From: a candidate division WOR-3 bacterium
Lineage (GTDB): Bacteria; Hydrothermota; Tepidihabitantia; Tepidihabitantales; Tepidihabitantaceae
Direction: 5' to 3'
Length of the DNA stretch: 33,690 nt
Assembly (NCBI GenBank): GCA_965648935.1
Contig: CBFGIY010000018.1
Span: 1-33,690 of the forward strand
Shown: positions 16,806-25,429 of the stretch, piece after piece
Numbering within the stretch: position 1 is the first letter of the stretch
Layout of the letters: each line of letters opens with the position of its first letter
Notes under the pieces: generated by a model
What the model was told of the DNA's origin: nothing
Database searches by the model: none
The model's input: the letters and a program-made list of their open reading frames with translations, nothing else
Program-made: the position numbers and the translations under genes

Positions 16806-17090
16806 CGCCGGTACGGCCCGCGCACCGTGACCGGGCTGGACTGCTCGACCGCCGCCGTGGCGCTCTGCGGGCGCGTTCACCGCCTGCCGGGACTGGATCT
16901 CCGCCAGGGCAGTGCCGAGGTCATGCCTTTCGCCGAGGGCTTGTTTGACGCCGTGGTCAATGTCGAGTCGTCGCACGAGCACGACCGGATGGACAGCTTT
17001 CTCGCCGAGGTGCGCGGCTCCGACGCCTACGACTCGCTCGCCGACAGCCGCCGGGTCTGCCACAGCGCCGCCCTGCGCAAGCCGGCCTGA
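16806..17090 (+). pseudogene. Remnant of class I SAM-dependent methyltransferase
   Basis: VTGLD...QGSAEVMPFAEGLFDAVVNVESSH..MDSFLAEVR matches Methyltransf_11 motifs II-IV, but motif I (GxGxG) is absent and the expected RVL.PGG segment is missing after AEVR. No credible start codon; left boundary approximate. Confidence 0.6.
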
Positions 17091-17111
17091 CCCGCCGGGC
17101 CGCGCGCGATA

Positions 17112-17139
17112 TTGACATCGTTGAACGCTTGCCTACAAT
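17112..17139 (+). promoter_or_regulatory. sigma70-like promoter
   Basis: TTGACA(17112-17117)-16-TACAAT(17134-17139), 8 nt before GTG 17148. Confidence 0.7.
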
Positions 17140-17147
17140 GCCCGCAG

Positions 17148-17537
17148 GTGCTGAACATCAAACTGACAGTCGGCGGCGTCGAACTGGCCGGTACCCTGGA
17201 CGATTCCGACCTCACGCAGAAGGTCATCGAGCTTCTGCCGGTCCAGGGCCACGGCGAGACCTGGGGCAAGGAAGTCTATTTCCCGATCGAGCTCAAGGTC
17301 GGCAACATCGCGCCGGTGACCGAAGTCCGTGCCGGGGACATCGCCTACTGGCCGGACGGACCCGATGTCTGCCTGTTTTTCGGCCCGACCCCAAAGAGCA
17401 CCGGCGAGGCGCCGGTGACCCCGAGCCCGGTCACCGTCATCGGCCGCTTCGAGTTCGGCCCGGAGGATTTCGACCGCATCGAGCGCCGCCGCAGCGGCAT
17501 CTTTGTCCGCATTGAGCGGGGCAAGACGGCGGGTTGA
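17148..17537 (+). CDS. Cyclophilin-like fold protein (TM1367/DUF369-like)
   Basis: LP......WG.EVYF.I, GDIAYWP.G...CLFFGPTP.S and P.SPVTVIG motifs. GTG start at 17148 because the track start at 17112 lies inside the -35 box. Confidence 0.82.
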   Translation: MLNIKLTVGGVELAGTLDDSDLTQKVIELLPVQGHGETWGKEVYFPIELKVGNIAPVTEVRAGDIAYWPDGPDVCLFFGPTPKSTGEAPVTPSPVTVIGRFEFGPEDFDRIERRRSGIFVRIERGKTAG

Positions 17538-17620
17538 GCCGGGCCGTCAACCGCTCGCCGGCGACTTCGGCCAGCATCCTCGTTCGAGTCTCGTCATTCG
17601 AACTGCGGGTTTTCCTGTCC

Positions 17621-17657
17621 GCGGGGCAGTAGCTCAGTTGGGAGAGCGCCAGAATCG
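17621..17657 (+). repeat. Duplicated 5' half of tRNA-Ala (37-bp direct repeat of 17714-17750)
   Basis: GCGGGGCAGTAGCTCAGTTGGGAGAGCGCCAGAATCG occurs at both positions; this copy diverges inside the anticodon and lacks the T-arm and acceptor 3' strand. Confidence 0.9.
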
Positions 17658-17715
17658 ACTGGCGCAGGGCGGTGGTGCCGCTCCGCGGCACGCCGGCCCG
17701 AACAAGTGTCTGTGC

Positions 17716-17788
17716 GGGGCAGTAGCTCAGTTGGGAGAGCGCCAGAATCGCACTCTGGAGGTCGCCGGTTCAACTCCGGTCTGCTCCA
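17716..17788 (+). tRNA. tRNA-Ala(CGC)
   Basis: Acceptor stem GGGGCAG/CTGCTCC with G3.U70 Ala identity pair; D-arm GCTC/GAGC; anticodon arm CCAGA-AT CGC AC-TCTGG; T-arm GCCGG-TTCAACT-CCGGT; discriminator A; CCA not encoded. Confidence 0.96.
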
Positions 17789-17824
17789 TTTTCCGCCAAG
17801 CGCCTGCATCCTGAGGGGGGCGAA

Positions 17825-18409
17825 TTGATAATCCTGCCCAAGTATGTCTTCCTCACCAAGGGCGTCGGCGTGCACCGCGAGAAGCTCGCCAGCTTCGAGG
17901 CGGCGTTGCGCGACGCCGGCATAGCCGCGGTCAACATCGTCCGGGTTTCGTCCATCTTCCCGCCCGGCTGCCGCATCATCTCGCGCCAGCGCGGCCAGAA
18001 CTTCCTGTCGCCCGGTCAGGTGGTGTTCGCCGTGGTGAGCGACAATGCGACCAACGAACCGCACCGTCTCGTGTCGGCGTCGGTCGGTCTGGCCATCCCC
18101 AAGGACAACACGCGCTACGGCTACCTCTCGGAGTACCACTCGTTCGGCGAGCGCGAGGAGCGCGCCGGCGACTACGCCGAGGACCTCGCCGCCCAGATGC
18201 TCGCCACCACCCTCGGGGTTCAGTTCAACCCCGACACCTCCTACGACGAGCGCAAGGAAATCTGGAAGATCTCGAACCAGATAGTCCGAACGCAGAACAT
18301 CACCCAGAGCGCCATCGGCAACAAGTCCGGCCTGTGGACCTCGGTCGTCGCCGCCGCCGTGCTCGTGACCCACTTCCGCGACGACGAGGACTGCGCCCGG
18401 ACCGAGTAG
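17825..18409 (+). CDS. pdaD: Pyruvoyl-dependent arginine decarboxylase
   Basis: FLTKGVG.H.EKL.SFE.ALRDAGI, NIVRV-SS-IFPP self-cleavage site, GYLSEYH and AEDLAA.MLATTLG motifs. Confidence 0.9.
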   Translation: MIILPKYVFLTKGVGVHREKLASFEAALRDAGIAAVNIVRVSSIFPPGCRIISRQRGQNFLSPGQVVFAVVSDNATNEPHRLVSASVGLAIPKDNTRYGYLSEYHSFGEREERAGDYAEDLAAQMLATTLGVQFNPDTSYDERKEIWKISNQIVRTQNITQSAIGNKSGLWTSVVAAAVLVTHFRDDEDCARTE

Positions 18410-18411
18410 CG

Positions 18412-19620
18412 TCAGTAGCGCCGTTCCAGCCGCACGCCGCTGTAGTAGTGGCGGAGAATCTCGTACGCCGAGTTGCCGGCCCGGGCCATCGCGATCGCGC
18501 CGGCCTGGCACATCCCCGACCCGTGGCCCCAGCCCCGGCCGTTGAAAAGCCAGGTGTCGCCGCGCCGCGTCGCGTCAAAGGCGTGCGAAGGCAGGCCCAG
18601 GGCCATCCGCAGAGCGCTGCCCCCGACCGAGGCCGGGCCGTCGGCGCTTCTGAACCGCACCCGGCTCACCCGGCCCGACTGCTCGTCCTTTTCCAGATCC
18701 AGGCTGCGCACGGTCGGCCGGCGCGCCAGCGATGCCAGCCGTTGCAGCGCGCGCTCGAGGCTGTCGGCCGGCACCGCGGCCTGCCACTCGAAGTTCTTGC
18801 CGTCGATGCACCAGGCCGGCTGCTTGCGGCCGGGCGAATCGACCACGCTGCGCAGGTAGGGCTGGGACCCGTTGCCCGTGACCCCGCCGCAGTTGCCGTG
18901 GTACAGCGCCTCGATGAGCTCGCCGTCGTAGGTCAGCACCTCGCCCCGGGTCGCGTCCACGGCGCGGCGGGCGATGTCTTTCTCCGCGCCGGCACCGCCG
19001 TACTCCTGGTCCCGCAGGTGCGTGTCAAACAGGTCGTGGCCCAGGCCGACGCGCCGGTTCAGCCGGGAGAGCGTGAAGGTGCGCGCGGCGATCGCCTGCG
19101 CCTTCACCGCCTCGTAAGTGGCGTCGGAAAGCGGCCCGATTTCGCACGGGACCACGCCGTATAGGTAAGCCTCGATGCCGAGCCGGTTGACCACGACCAG
19201 GTCGCCGGCGCTGCCCGGGAACACGCGGATGTCGCCGCGGTAGCGGCGCGCGCCGATGCGTATCTGACCGCCGCGCCCCTGCACCTCGAGCGTGTCAATG
19301 CCGCGCAGCCACGCCCGGCCGCCGACATCGACCGCGAGCCGGCCCGACTCCAGCCGCACCAGCACCGCCTCGTTGGCCGGCGCGGCAGTCTTCGCCCCGG
19401 CTGAAGACAGGTCCAGTCCCGACTCGGCGCGCAGTTCGACTCGGCCGTCCGAACCCGCGCCGAGCCGCACCCGTACGACCGGTTCTTCGACCACCCGCCG
19501 GCCCGTGCGGTCGCGCCGCTCGGGTTCCTCGCGCCAGCGTGCGTAGCGGCCCGCGTCCGAACGCAGAGCCGCGCACCCGGCCAGGCCGAGCAGGGCCGCC
19601 GCGATTGCCAGTTGGCGCAT
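18412..19620 (-). CDS. SpoIID/LytB domain lipoprotein (peptidoglycan lytic transglycosylase-like)
   Basis: Lipobox LAGC; YRG, E.YLYGVVP.E, EA.KAQAIAART, G.GWGHG.GMCQ.GA and IL.HYY.G motifs. Confidence 0.92.
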   Translation of the reverse strand: MRQLAIAAALLGLAGCAALRSDAGRYARWREEPERRDRTGRRVVEEPVVRVRLGAGSDGRVELRAESGLDLSSAGAKTAAPANEAVLVRLESGRLAVDVGGRAWLRGIDTLEVQGRGGQIRIGARRYRGDIRVFPGSAGDLVVVNRLGIEAYLYGVVPCEIGPLSDATYEAVKAQAIAARTFTLSRLNRRVGLGHDLFDTHLRDQEYGGAGAEKDIARRAVDATRGEVLTYDGELIEALYHGNCGGVTGNGSQPYLRSVVDSPGRKQPAWCIDGKNFEWQAAVPADSLERALQRLASLARRPTVRSLDLEKDEQSGRVSRVRFRSADGPASVGGSALRMALGLPSHAFDATRRGDTWLFNGRGWGHGSGMCQAGAIAMARAGNSAYEILRHYYSGVRLERRY

Positions 19621-19626
19621 CGGCAG

Positions 19627-19693
19627 AATCTAGCGGCGGCCTGGCGCGCGGTCAAATCGCCCGGCTTTACAAACCGCCCGGCCCGCCTATCAT
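19627..19693. promoter_or_regulatory. Divergent sigma70-like promoters (SpoIID gene, minus; rbfA operon, plus)
   Basis: Minus: TTGACC(19655-19650)-17-TAGATT(19632-19627)-6-ATG 19620. Plus: TTTACA(19666-19671)-16-TATCAT(19688-19693)-5-ATG 19699. Confidence 0.65.
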
Positions 19694-19698
19694 TGGCC

Positions 19699-20085
19699 AT
19701 GCAGCACCGCGACCGGAGGGTGGCCGACGCCATCAAAGACACCGTCGCCGCGATAATCACCTGCGAGCTGTCCGACCCGGGCATCGGCTTCGTCACCGTC
19801 ACCCGCGCGACCGTCAGCCACGACCTGCGCCACGCCACGGTCTACCTCTCGGTGATGGGCGACGAGCGCCGCCGCGAAGAAGGCCTCGCCCACATCCGCC
19901 ACGCCGGCGGCTTCATCCGGCGCAGGCTCGGCCAGCGCGTCAAGCTGCGCTACCTGCCTGAACTGCGCTTCGCGCTCGACGAGGTGCTTGCCCACGAAAT
20001 CCGGGTCGGCGAGCTGCTCGGGACGATCCGGCAGGAACCGGCCTGCCCCGAACCCGCGCCGGAAACCGAACCCCTGCCCGACTGA
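19699..20085 (+). CDS. rbfA: Ribosome-binding factor A
   Basis: R..RV...I, DP....VTVT...VS.DL..A.VY.S and LRY.PEL.F..D motifs; ATG 19699; upstream of truB. Confidence 0.93.
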   Translation: MQHRDRRVADAIKDTVAAIITCELSDPGIGFVTVTRATVSHDLRHATVYLSVMGDERRREEGLAHIRHAGGFIRRRLGQRVKLRYLPELRFALDEVLAHEIRVGELLGTIRQEPACPEPAPETEPLPD

Positions 20086-20094
20086 CCCGGCCCG

Positions 20095-20988
20095 GTGCGC
20101 GGCGTCCTCAGCATCGTCAAGCCTGCCGGCATCACGTCCTATGACGTCATCCGCGCCCTGAAGAAGACACTCCGGCCCGCGCCCCGCGCCATCGGCCACG
20201 CCGGCACGCTCGACCCGATGGCAACCGGGTTGCTGCTCGTGCTTCTGGGTGAAGCGACCAGGGTCAGCAGCCTCCTCCTCGGCCTGCCCAAGACCTACGC
20301 CGCCACGGTGCTCTTCGGCCGGGCCACCGACACCGACGACATCACCGGCCGGACCACGGAGGAGCGCCCCGTGCCCGGGCTCGACCGGGCCGGGCTCGAC
20401 GCCGCGCTCGAGCCCTTCCGCGGCACTTTCCAGCAGACCCCGCCTGCCTACTCGGCCCAGAAGCAGAACGGCCAGCCGCTGTACAGGAAAGCCCGCCGCG
20501 GCGAACCGGTCGCGCCCCGGCCCCGGGCGGTCACGGTCCACAGACTCCGACTCCTCGACTGGACCCCGCCCCGCGCCGTGCTCGAGCTTGAGGTCAGCGC
20601 CGGCACCTACATCCGCGCGATCGCCCGCGACCTCGGCCGGGCGCTCGGCTCCGCGGCCACGCTCGAACGACTCCAGCGCACGCGCATCGGCCGCTTCACA
20701 CTCGACTCCAGCCTCCCGCTCGACAGACTGAGCGACGAAGCGGCCCGCGCCGCGCTCACCCCGATAGAAGACGCTCTCGACTGGCTCCCCCGCATCGCGG
20801 TCACCCAAGAGCAGGCCCGCGACCTCTTCCTCGGCCGCAACATCGCCTTACCGGCCGAACTGCAGCCTGCGGTCCGCGACCCGCAGCCCCCTCTCCTCTG
20901 TCTTACCCCCGACCGCCGCTTCATCGCCCTCGGCCGCGCCGCGGCTGACCGGCTCCGGCCCGAGCGTATAATCTGCCGCGATGAATGA
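20095..20988 (+). CDS. truB: tRNA pseudouridine(55) synthase
   Basis: KP.G.TS.D, GHAGTLDPMATG, TDTDD.TG, Q.PP.YSA and GTYIRA.ARDLG motifs. Confidence 0.95.
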   Translation: MRGVLSIVKPAGITSYDVIRALKKTLRPAPRAIGHAGTLDPMATGLLLVLLGEATRVSSLLLGLPKTYAATVLFGRATDTDDITGRTTEERPVPGLDRAGLDAALEPFRGTFQQTPPAYSAQKQNGQPLYRKARRGEPVAPRPRAVTVHRLRLLDWTPPRAVLELEVSAGTYIRAIARDLGRALGSAATLERLQRTRIGRFTLDSSLPLDRLSDEAARAALTPIEDALDWLPRIAVTQEQARDLFLGRNIALPAELQPAVRDPQPPLLCLTPDRRFIALGRAAADRLRPERIICRDE

Positions 20989-21910
20989 ATCGCCTCGCCC
21001 GGCAGTCGCCCTCGGCGGCTTCGACGGCGTCCACCTCGGCCATCGCCGCATCATCGACCGCACGCTCGATCTCGCCCGCGCGCTCGGCGCGGCCCCGGCG
21101 GTGCTCACCTACGAACCGCTCCCGGCCCAGGTCATCAACCCGGAGTTCACCTTCGTGCTGACCTCGCTCGCGACCAAGACCCGGCTGCTTGTCGAACTGG
21201 GCATCGAGTCGGTGTACGTGGTGCGCTTTGACGAAGCGGTGCGCGGCCTCGACCCGGTGCGGTTCATCGAGCATTACCTTCTCGGCCCGCTCGACCCGGC
21301 GGCCGTCGTGATCGGCCACGACCACCGCTTCGGCCAGGGCGGCAGGGGCGACGCCGACCTGCTCGGCCGCCTGCTCGCACGCCGCGGCATCAGGCTCGAG
21401 GTCGTGCCCGAGTTCCTGCTCGACGGCGGTCCGGTGCGCTCGACCCGCATCCGCGAGAGCCTCGTGCTGGGCGCGGTCGGCGCCGCGGCCCGGCTTCTCG
21501 GCCGCTGGTACCGGTTGAGCGGCGCGGTCGTGTCCGGCACCGGCACCGGCCGCAAGCTCGGCTTCCCGACCATCAACATCCGGCCCTGGGAGCGCGAGAC
21601 CCTGGTCCCGGCCGATGGTGTCTACGCCTGCCGCGTGGAAACCCTGGGCCGGTGGTTCGATGCCGTGCTCAACATCGGCCACCGCCCGACCTTCGGCGGC
21701 GAGACCCGCACCATCGAGGCCCACCTGCTTGGGTTTGAAGGCGACCTGCGGCCTGAATCCGCCGATATCGACGTCGTCGAACGCATCCGCACCGAGCGCC
21801 GCTTCCCCGGCCCGGCCGAGCTCGCCGCGCAGATCCGGCGCGACATTGAACGGGCGTCCGCACTGCTCTCGGCGACCGGCCCGGCCCCGGCTCTTGACAC
21901 CGCCGAATAG
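20981..21910 (+). CDS. ribF: Bifunctional riboflavin kinase / FAD synthetase
   Basis: G.FDGVHLGH, G.D.RFG, GRKLGFPT.N, GVY, NIG.RPTF, IEAHLL and IR.ER.F motifs. Confidence 0.95.
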   Translation: MNESPRPAVALGGFDGVHLGHRRIIDRTLDLARALGAAPAVLTYEPLPAQVINPEFTFVLTSLATKTRLLVELGIESVYVVRFDEAVRGLDPVRFIEHYLLGPLDPAAVVIGHDHRFGQGGRGDADLLGRLLARRGIRLEVVPEFLLDGGPVRSTRIRESLVLGAVGAAARLLGRWYRLSGAVVSGTGTGRKLGFPTINIRPWERETLVPADGVYACRVETLGRWFDAVLNIGHRPTFGGETRTIEAHLLGFEGDLRPESADIDVVERIRTERRFPGPAELAAQIRRDIERASALLSATGPAPALDTAE

Positions 21911-21991
21911 CGCCGATAACTTCTCCTCGTCCGCCGAATGCCCCGGCTTGCACCCGGGAAGACGACTACAGCAAAGTTGGAGGTTTGCCCG

Positions 21992-23395
21992 ATGGCATCG
22001 ACCCTGCTAGGAATCGCCGTGACCCTGCTGGCCGTGGGCCAGCCGGCCGCGCCCGACTCGCTCGCCGCGCCGCTGCACGTCGACACGCTCGCGGAGTTTG
22101 AACTGCTCATCTTCCCGCCGCCCGGCGCGAAACTGCCCCTGTGGTACCAGGTCGCGTGGGGCGACGGCGAAACCCTCGACTGGAGCGGGCCGCTGCGCAG
22201 CCCGGTTGACATCAGCCGCTACCACCGCTACCGCAGGTTCGGCAGCTACGAAATCCGGGTGCGTGCCCGCGACTCGCTCAAGCGCGCTTCGCCCTGGAGC
22301 AGACCCCTTGCGGTAACCGCGGGCGAGCCCGTGCTCAAGTGGGCCTTTCCCACGCTCGAGCCCATAACCGCCGCGCCCGCGCTCGACCGTGACGGCAACG
22401 TCTACATCGGCGACGAGAGCGGCCGGCTCTACTGCATCGGTCCCGACGGCCAGTTCCGCTGGGACTTCGAGGCCGGCGACGCTATCTACGCCGCCGCGGC
22501 GATCGACGGCGACAACATCTACGCGGTCTCGGTCGACTCGTCGCTCTACTGCCTTGACCGTGCCGGCAAGCTGCGCTGGTCGCTGCGCCTCGGCGACGAG
22601 CTCTACTGTGCGCCCGCCATCGGCGCGGACGGCTCGCTCTACATCGGGTCCGACGCCGGCACGCTCTACTGCGTGGACCGCAATGGCAAGCTGCGCTGGC
22701 GATACAAGACCGGCGACGAAATAGCCGGTTCGCCCACGATCGGCGCCGACGGACTGGTATATGTCACCTCGGATTCGGTCTACTGCCTCGACGCGCGCGG
22801 CCGCCGCAAGTGGGCCTTCGGCACGCCCGAGGCCGACTACTTCTTCGCGAGCGCCGTGCCCGACGCAGCCGGCAACGTCTACTGCGGCTGCACCGACGGC
22901 TATCTCTACTGCATCGGCCCCAACGGCCGCCTGCGCTGGCGCGCCCCGGTCCCGGACGGCGACGAAATCCGCACCGAGGTCGCCATCGGTCACGGAGGAG
23001 AAATCTACTTCGGCTCGGACGGCTATTACCTCTGCCGGATGGACCCGGGCGGCGCGCCGAAGGTGCTCTACGAAGCCGGCGACATACTCATCGCCCCGCC
23101 CGCGCTCAGCGACTCGGGCACGGTCTACTTCCTGCCCGACGACGGCGTGGTCTACGCCCTGGCGCGCTCGGGCCGCCTCGCCTGGACCTGTGAAATCGCG
23201 TCGGGCAGCAAGGACATCTACTACACCTCGGCCCCGAAGATCGGACCGGACGGCACGGTGTATGTCGGGTCGTGGGACGGCGGGCTCTATGCTTTCCGCG
23301 GCGACGCCCCGCCTGCGCGCTCCCATTGGCCCCAGTACCGCCGCGACGCCCAGAACACCGGCCGCGCGCTCAAGGCCCGGGGCTCGCGCCGATGA
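21992..23395 (+). CDS. Secreted PQQ-like beta-propeller repeat protein with N-terminal PKD-like domain
   Basis: ATG 21992 after GGAGG; signal peptide; WGDG...H.Y...G.Y.I.VRA.D PKD-like segment; repeated PAIG.DG..Y.GS..G.LYC....G.LRW blades. Confidence 0.82.
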   Translation: MASTLLGIAVTLLAVGQPAAPDSLAAPLHVDTLAEFELLIFPPPGAKLPLWYQVAWGDGETLDWSGPLRSPVDISRYHRYRRFGSYEIRVRARDSLKRASPWSRPLAVTAGEPVLKWAFPTLEPITAAPALDRDGNVYIGDESGRLYCIGPDGQFRWDFEAGDAIYAAAAIDGDNIYAVSVDSSLYCLDRAGKLRWSLRLGDELYCAPAIGADGSLYIGSDAGTLYCVDRNGKLRWRYKTGDEIAGSPTIGADGLVYVTSDSVYCLDARGRRKWAFGTPEADYFFASAVPDAAGNVYCGCTDGYLYCIGPNGRLRWRAPVPDGDEIRTEVAIGHGGEIYFGSDGYYLCRMDPGGAPKVLYEAGDILIAPPALSDSGTVYFLPDDGVVYALARSGRLAWTCEIASGSKDIYYTSAPKIGPDGTVYVGSWDGGLYAFRGDAPPARSHWPQYRRDAQNTGRALKARGSRR

Positions 23396-23439
23396 CCGCA
23401 ACGACCTCGGCCCTGACCGTGTCGGACTAGGAGGCAGAG

Positions 23440-24126
23440 ATGTTTGACATCTACACCGCGCCGACCAGGACCTTTGGCCGGCTCAAAGAGAAGCCCAACT
23501 GGCTCCTGCCGGTCGCGCTCGTCCTCGTCTTCAACATCGCCGCGACGGTGGTCACGGTCAGCAGGCTTGACGTCGACGCCCAGCGCGACATCGCGGTCGA
23601 GCAGATGCAGAAAAGGGGCATGACCCAGGAGCAGATTGACCAGGCGATCGAAGGAATGGAGAAGTTCTACGCCTCGCCCGCGGCCCGGTACGGCCTGCCC
23701 GCGGCCGGCGCGCTCTTCACCGGCATCATCGGCATCCTCCTGCTCGCGCTCATCTACAACGTTTCCCTGCCCCTGCTCGGCGCCACGAGCAGCTTCGGCC
23801 GGACCCTCTCGGTCGTGGCCTGGTCCGGGATGGCGCTGATTCCCGGTACGCTCATCCGCATCGTGCTGGTCTTCGTCACGAAGTCGGCCGAGGTCACGAC
23901 CAGCCTGCTCCTGCTCGCGCCCGGGCTCAAGGGCGGCTTCCTTGCGGCATTGCTCGCTCAGGCCGACCCCTTTGCGGTCTGGCAGCTCATCCTTGCCGGG
24001 CTCGGCCTGAAGACCGTCTTCGACCTCAAGGGCTCGCGCTCCTACGTGCTCGTCTTCGCGGTCTGGTTTGTTCTAACGCTCATCTTCGCGCTGCTCGGGG
24101 CGCGCAGCGCCGGCCTGGGTTCCTGA
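23440..24126 (+). CDS. Yip1-domain membrane protein (YknW-like)
   Basis: P.RTF..L...P.W..P start, 4-5 TM segments, DPF.VW...L...G motif; GGAGG RBS. Confidence 0.78.
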   Translation: MFDIYTAPTRTFGRLKEKPNWLLPVALVLVFNIAATVVTVSRLDVDAQRDIAVEQMQKRGMTQEQIDQAIEGMEKFYASPAARYGLPAAGALFTGIIGILLLALIYNVSLPLLGATSSFGRTLSVVAWSGMALIPGTLIRIVLVFVTKSAEVTTSLLLLAPGLKGGFLAALLAQADPFAVWQLILAGLGLKTVFDLKGSRSYVLVFAVWFVLTLIFALLGARSAGLGS

Positions 24127-24127
24127 T

Positions 24128-25402
24128 ATGGTCTTCGCGCTCGTACTCAGCCTCGTCGCGGCCCCGGCCGACACGCTCGACCTGTCGCTCTCTGAGGCGC
24201 TCGCGCTCGCGGGCCGGCGCAGCCCGGCCCGCATCGAGGCCCGAATCGCCCGGTTCGAGAGCGGTCTGAATGCGGTCAAGGCCGGCGCCGCGCTGCTGCC
24301 CAGTGCCGCCGGCTCGCTCGGCTGGGCCGAGACCGAAACCCGCAGCCCGTTGAATCCCGACTCGCTGGTCACGGTCAAAGGCTGGACCGGCACGCTCACC
24401 CTGAGCCAGGTCGTGTTCGACCCGGCGGTGTTCGGCAGTGTCGCCGCGTCGGCCGTCTATGCCGGCTACCACGCCGCCGACGCGCGCGACAAGGCGGCCC
24501 GGCTCGTCTACGACGTCACCGCCGACTATCTGAACCTCCTGCGCGCCCGCCTGCTGCGCGATGTCGCCGCGGCCGCGCTCGAGCGCGCCGCCGACAACCT
24601 GCGCCTTGCCCGCGAGCGCGAGCGGCTCGGCGCCGCAGCCGGCATCGAGGTGATGCGCTCCGAGGTCCAGCACTCCCAGGCCGAGATTGACCTGCTGTCG
24701 GCCGACAAGGCGCTGGCCACGGCCAATGCCGCGTTTCTGGCCAGCGCCGGCATCTCCGAGCGGGTCGTGGTCCGGCCGACCGAGGAGCTGACCGAACCGG
24801 CCGGCTTCGACTTCGGTGACCCGGACAGCCTCATGCTTGAGATCGAGCGCCGCAATCCCGGCCTGAAGCTCGCCGAGCGGTCGCGCGCCGCCGCCGCCAT
24901 CGGCGTGGCCGCGGCCGCGGGACGGGCCCTGCCCTCGGTCTCGCTGTTCTGGCGCTCGACTCACTCGGACTCGAATTTCCCGTCCTGCCGCGACTGGCGC
25001 GACCGCGACGACATTTCGCGCGGCGTCAACTTCAGCTTCCCCCTGCTCGACATCAAGACCTTCGTCCTGAACCTCGCCGACGCCGGATCCTCTTCGCGCC
25101 GCGCCCGCGCTGCGCTTGAGCGCGCCCGGCTCACGCTGCGCGCCGCGGCGACCGCGGCGGTGCTCGACTACCGCGAGGCGCGCCGGCGCCACGATTTCGC
25201 CCGGCGCAACCTGGAACTCAGCCGCGAGCTGCTGCGCCTGGCCACCGAGCAGCGCCGGCTCGGCTCGATATCGCTTTTCGACTACCTCTCGGTCGAAACC
25301 GGCCTGGCCCAGGCCCAGGCCGCGTATGTCGGCGCGCTCGCCGACACCTACATCAAGGCCGCCCAGATCACGTACCTGCTGGGGCGCGCCGATGCGCCCT
25401 GA
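24128..25402 (+). CDS. TolC-family outer membrane efflux protein
   Basis: LSL.EAL.LA start; two OEP repeats (V...Y..L; R...G......E/D); located before MFP and ABC genes. Confidence 0.85.
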   Translation: MVFALVLSLVAAPADTLDLSLSEALALAGRRSPARIEARIARFESGLNAVKAGAALLPSAAGSLGWAETETRSPLNPDSLVTVKGWTGTLTLSQVVFDPAVFGSVAASAVYAGYHAADARDKAARLVYDVTADYLNLLRARLLRDVAAAALERAADNLRLARERERLGAAAGIEVMRSEVQHSQAEIDLLSADKALATANAAFLASAGISERVVVRPTEELTEPAGFDFGDPDSLMLEIERRNPGLKLAERSRAAAAIGVAAAAGRALPSVSLFWRSTHSDSNFPSCRDWRDRDDISRGVNFSFPLLDIKTFVLNLADAGSSSRRARAALERARLTLRAAATAAVLDYREARRRHDFARRNLELSRELLRLATEQRRLGSISLFDYLSVETGLAQAQAAYVGALADTYIKAAQITYLLGRADAP

Positions 25403-25429
25403 GCGCGCGGCGGCCGGAAAGGAATGCCG

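Noticed and set aside
17621..17750. 37-bp direct repeat as a minimal CRISPR array or tRNA-Sec
   Set aside because: Only two copies, both tRNA-Ala sequence; no cas genes; no UCA anticodon or tRNA-Sec fold.
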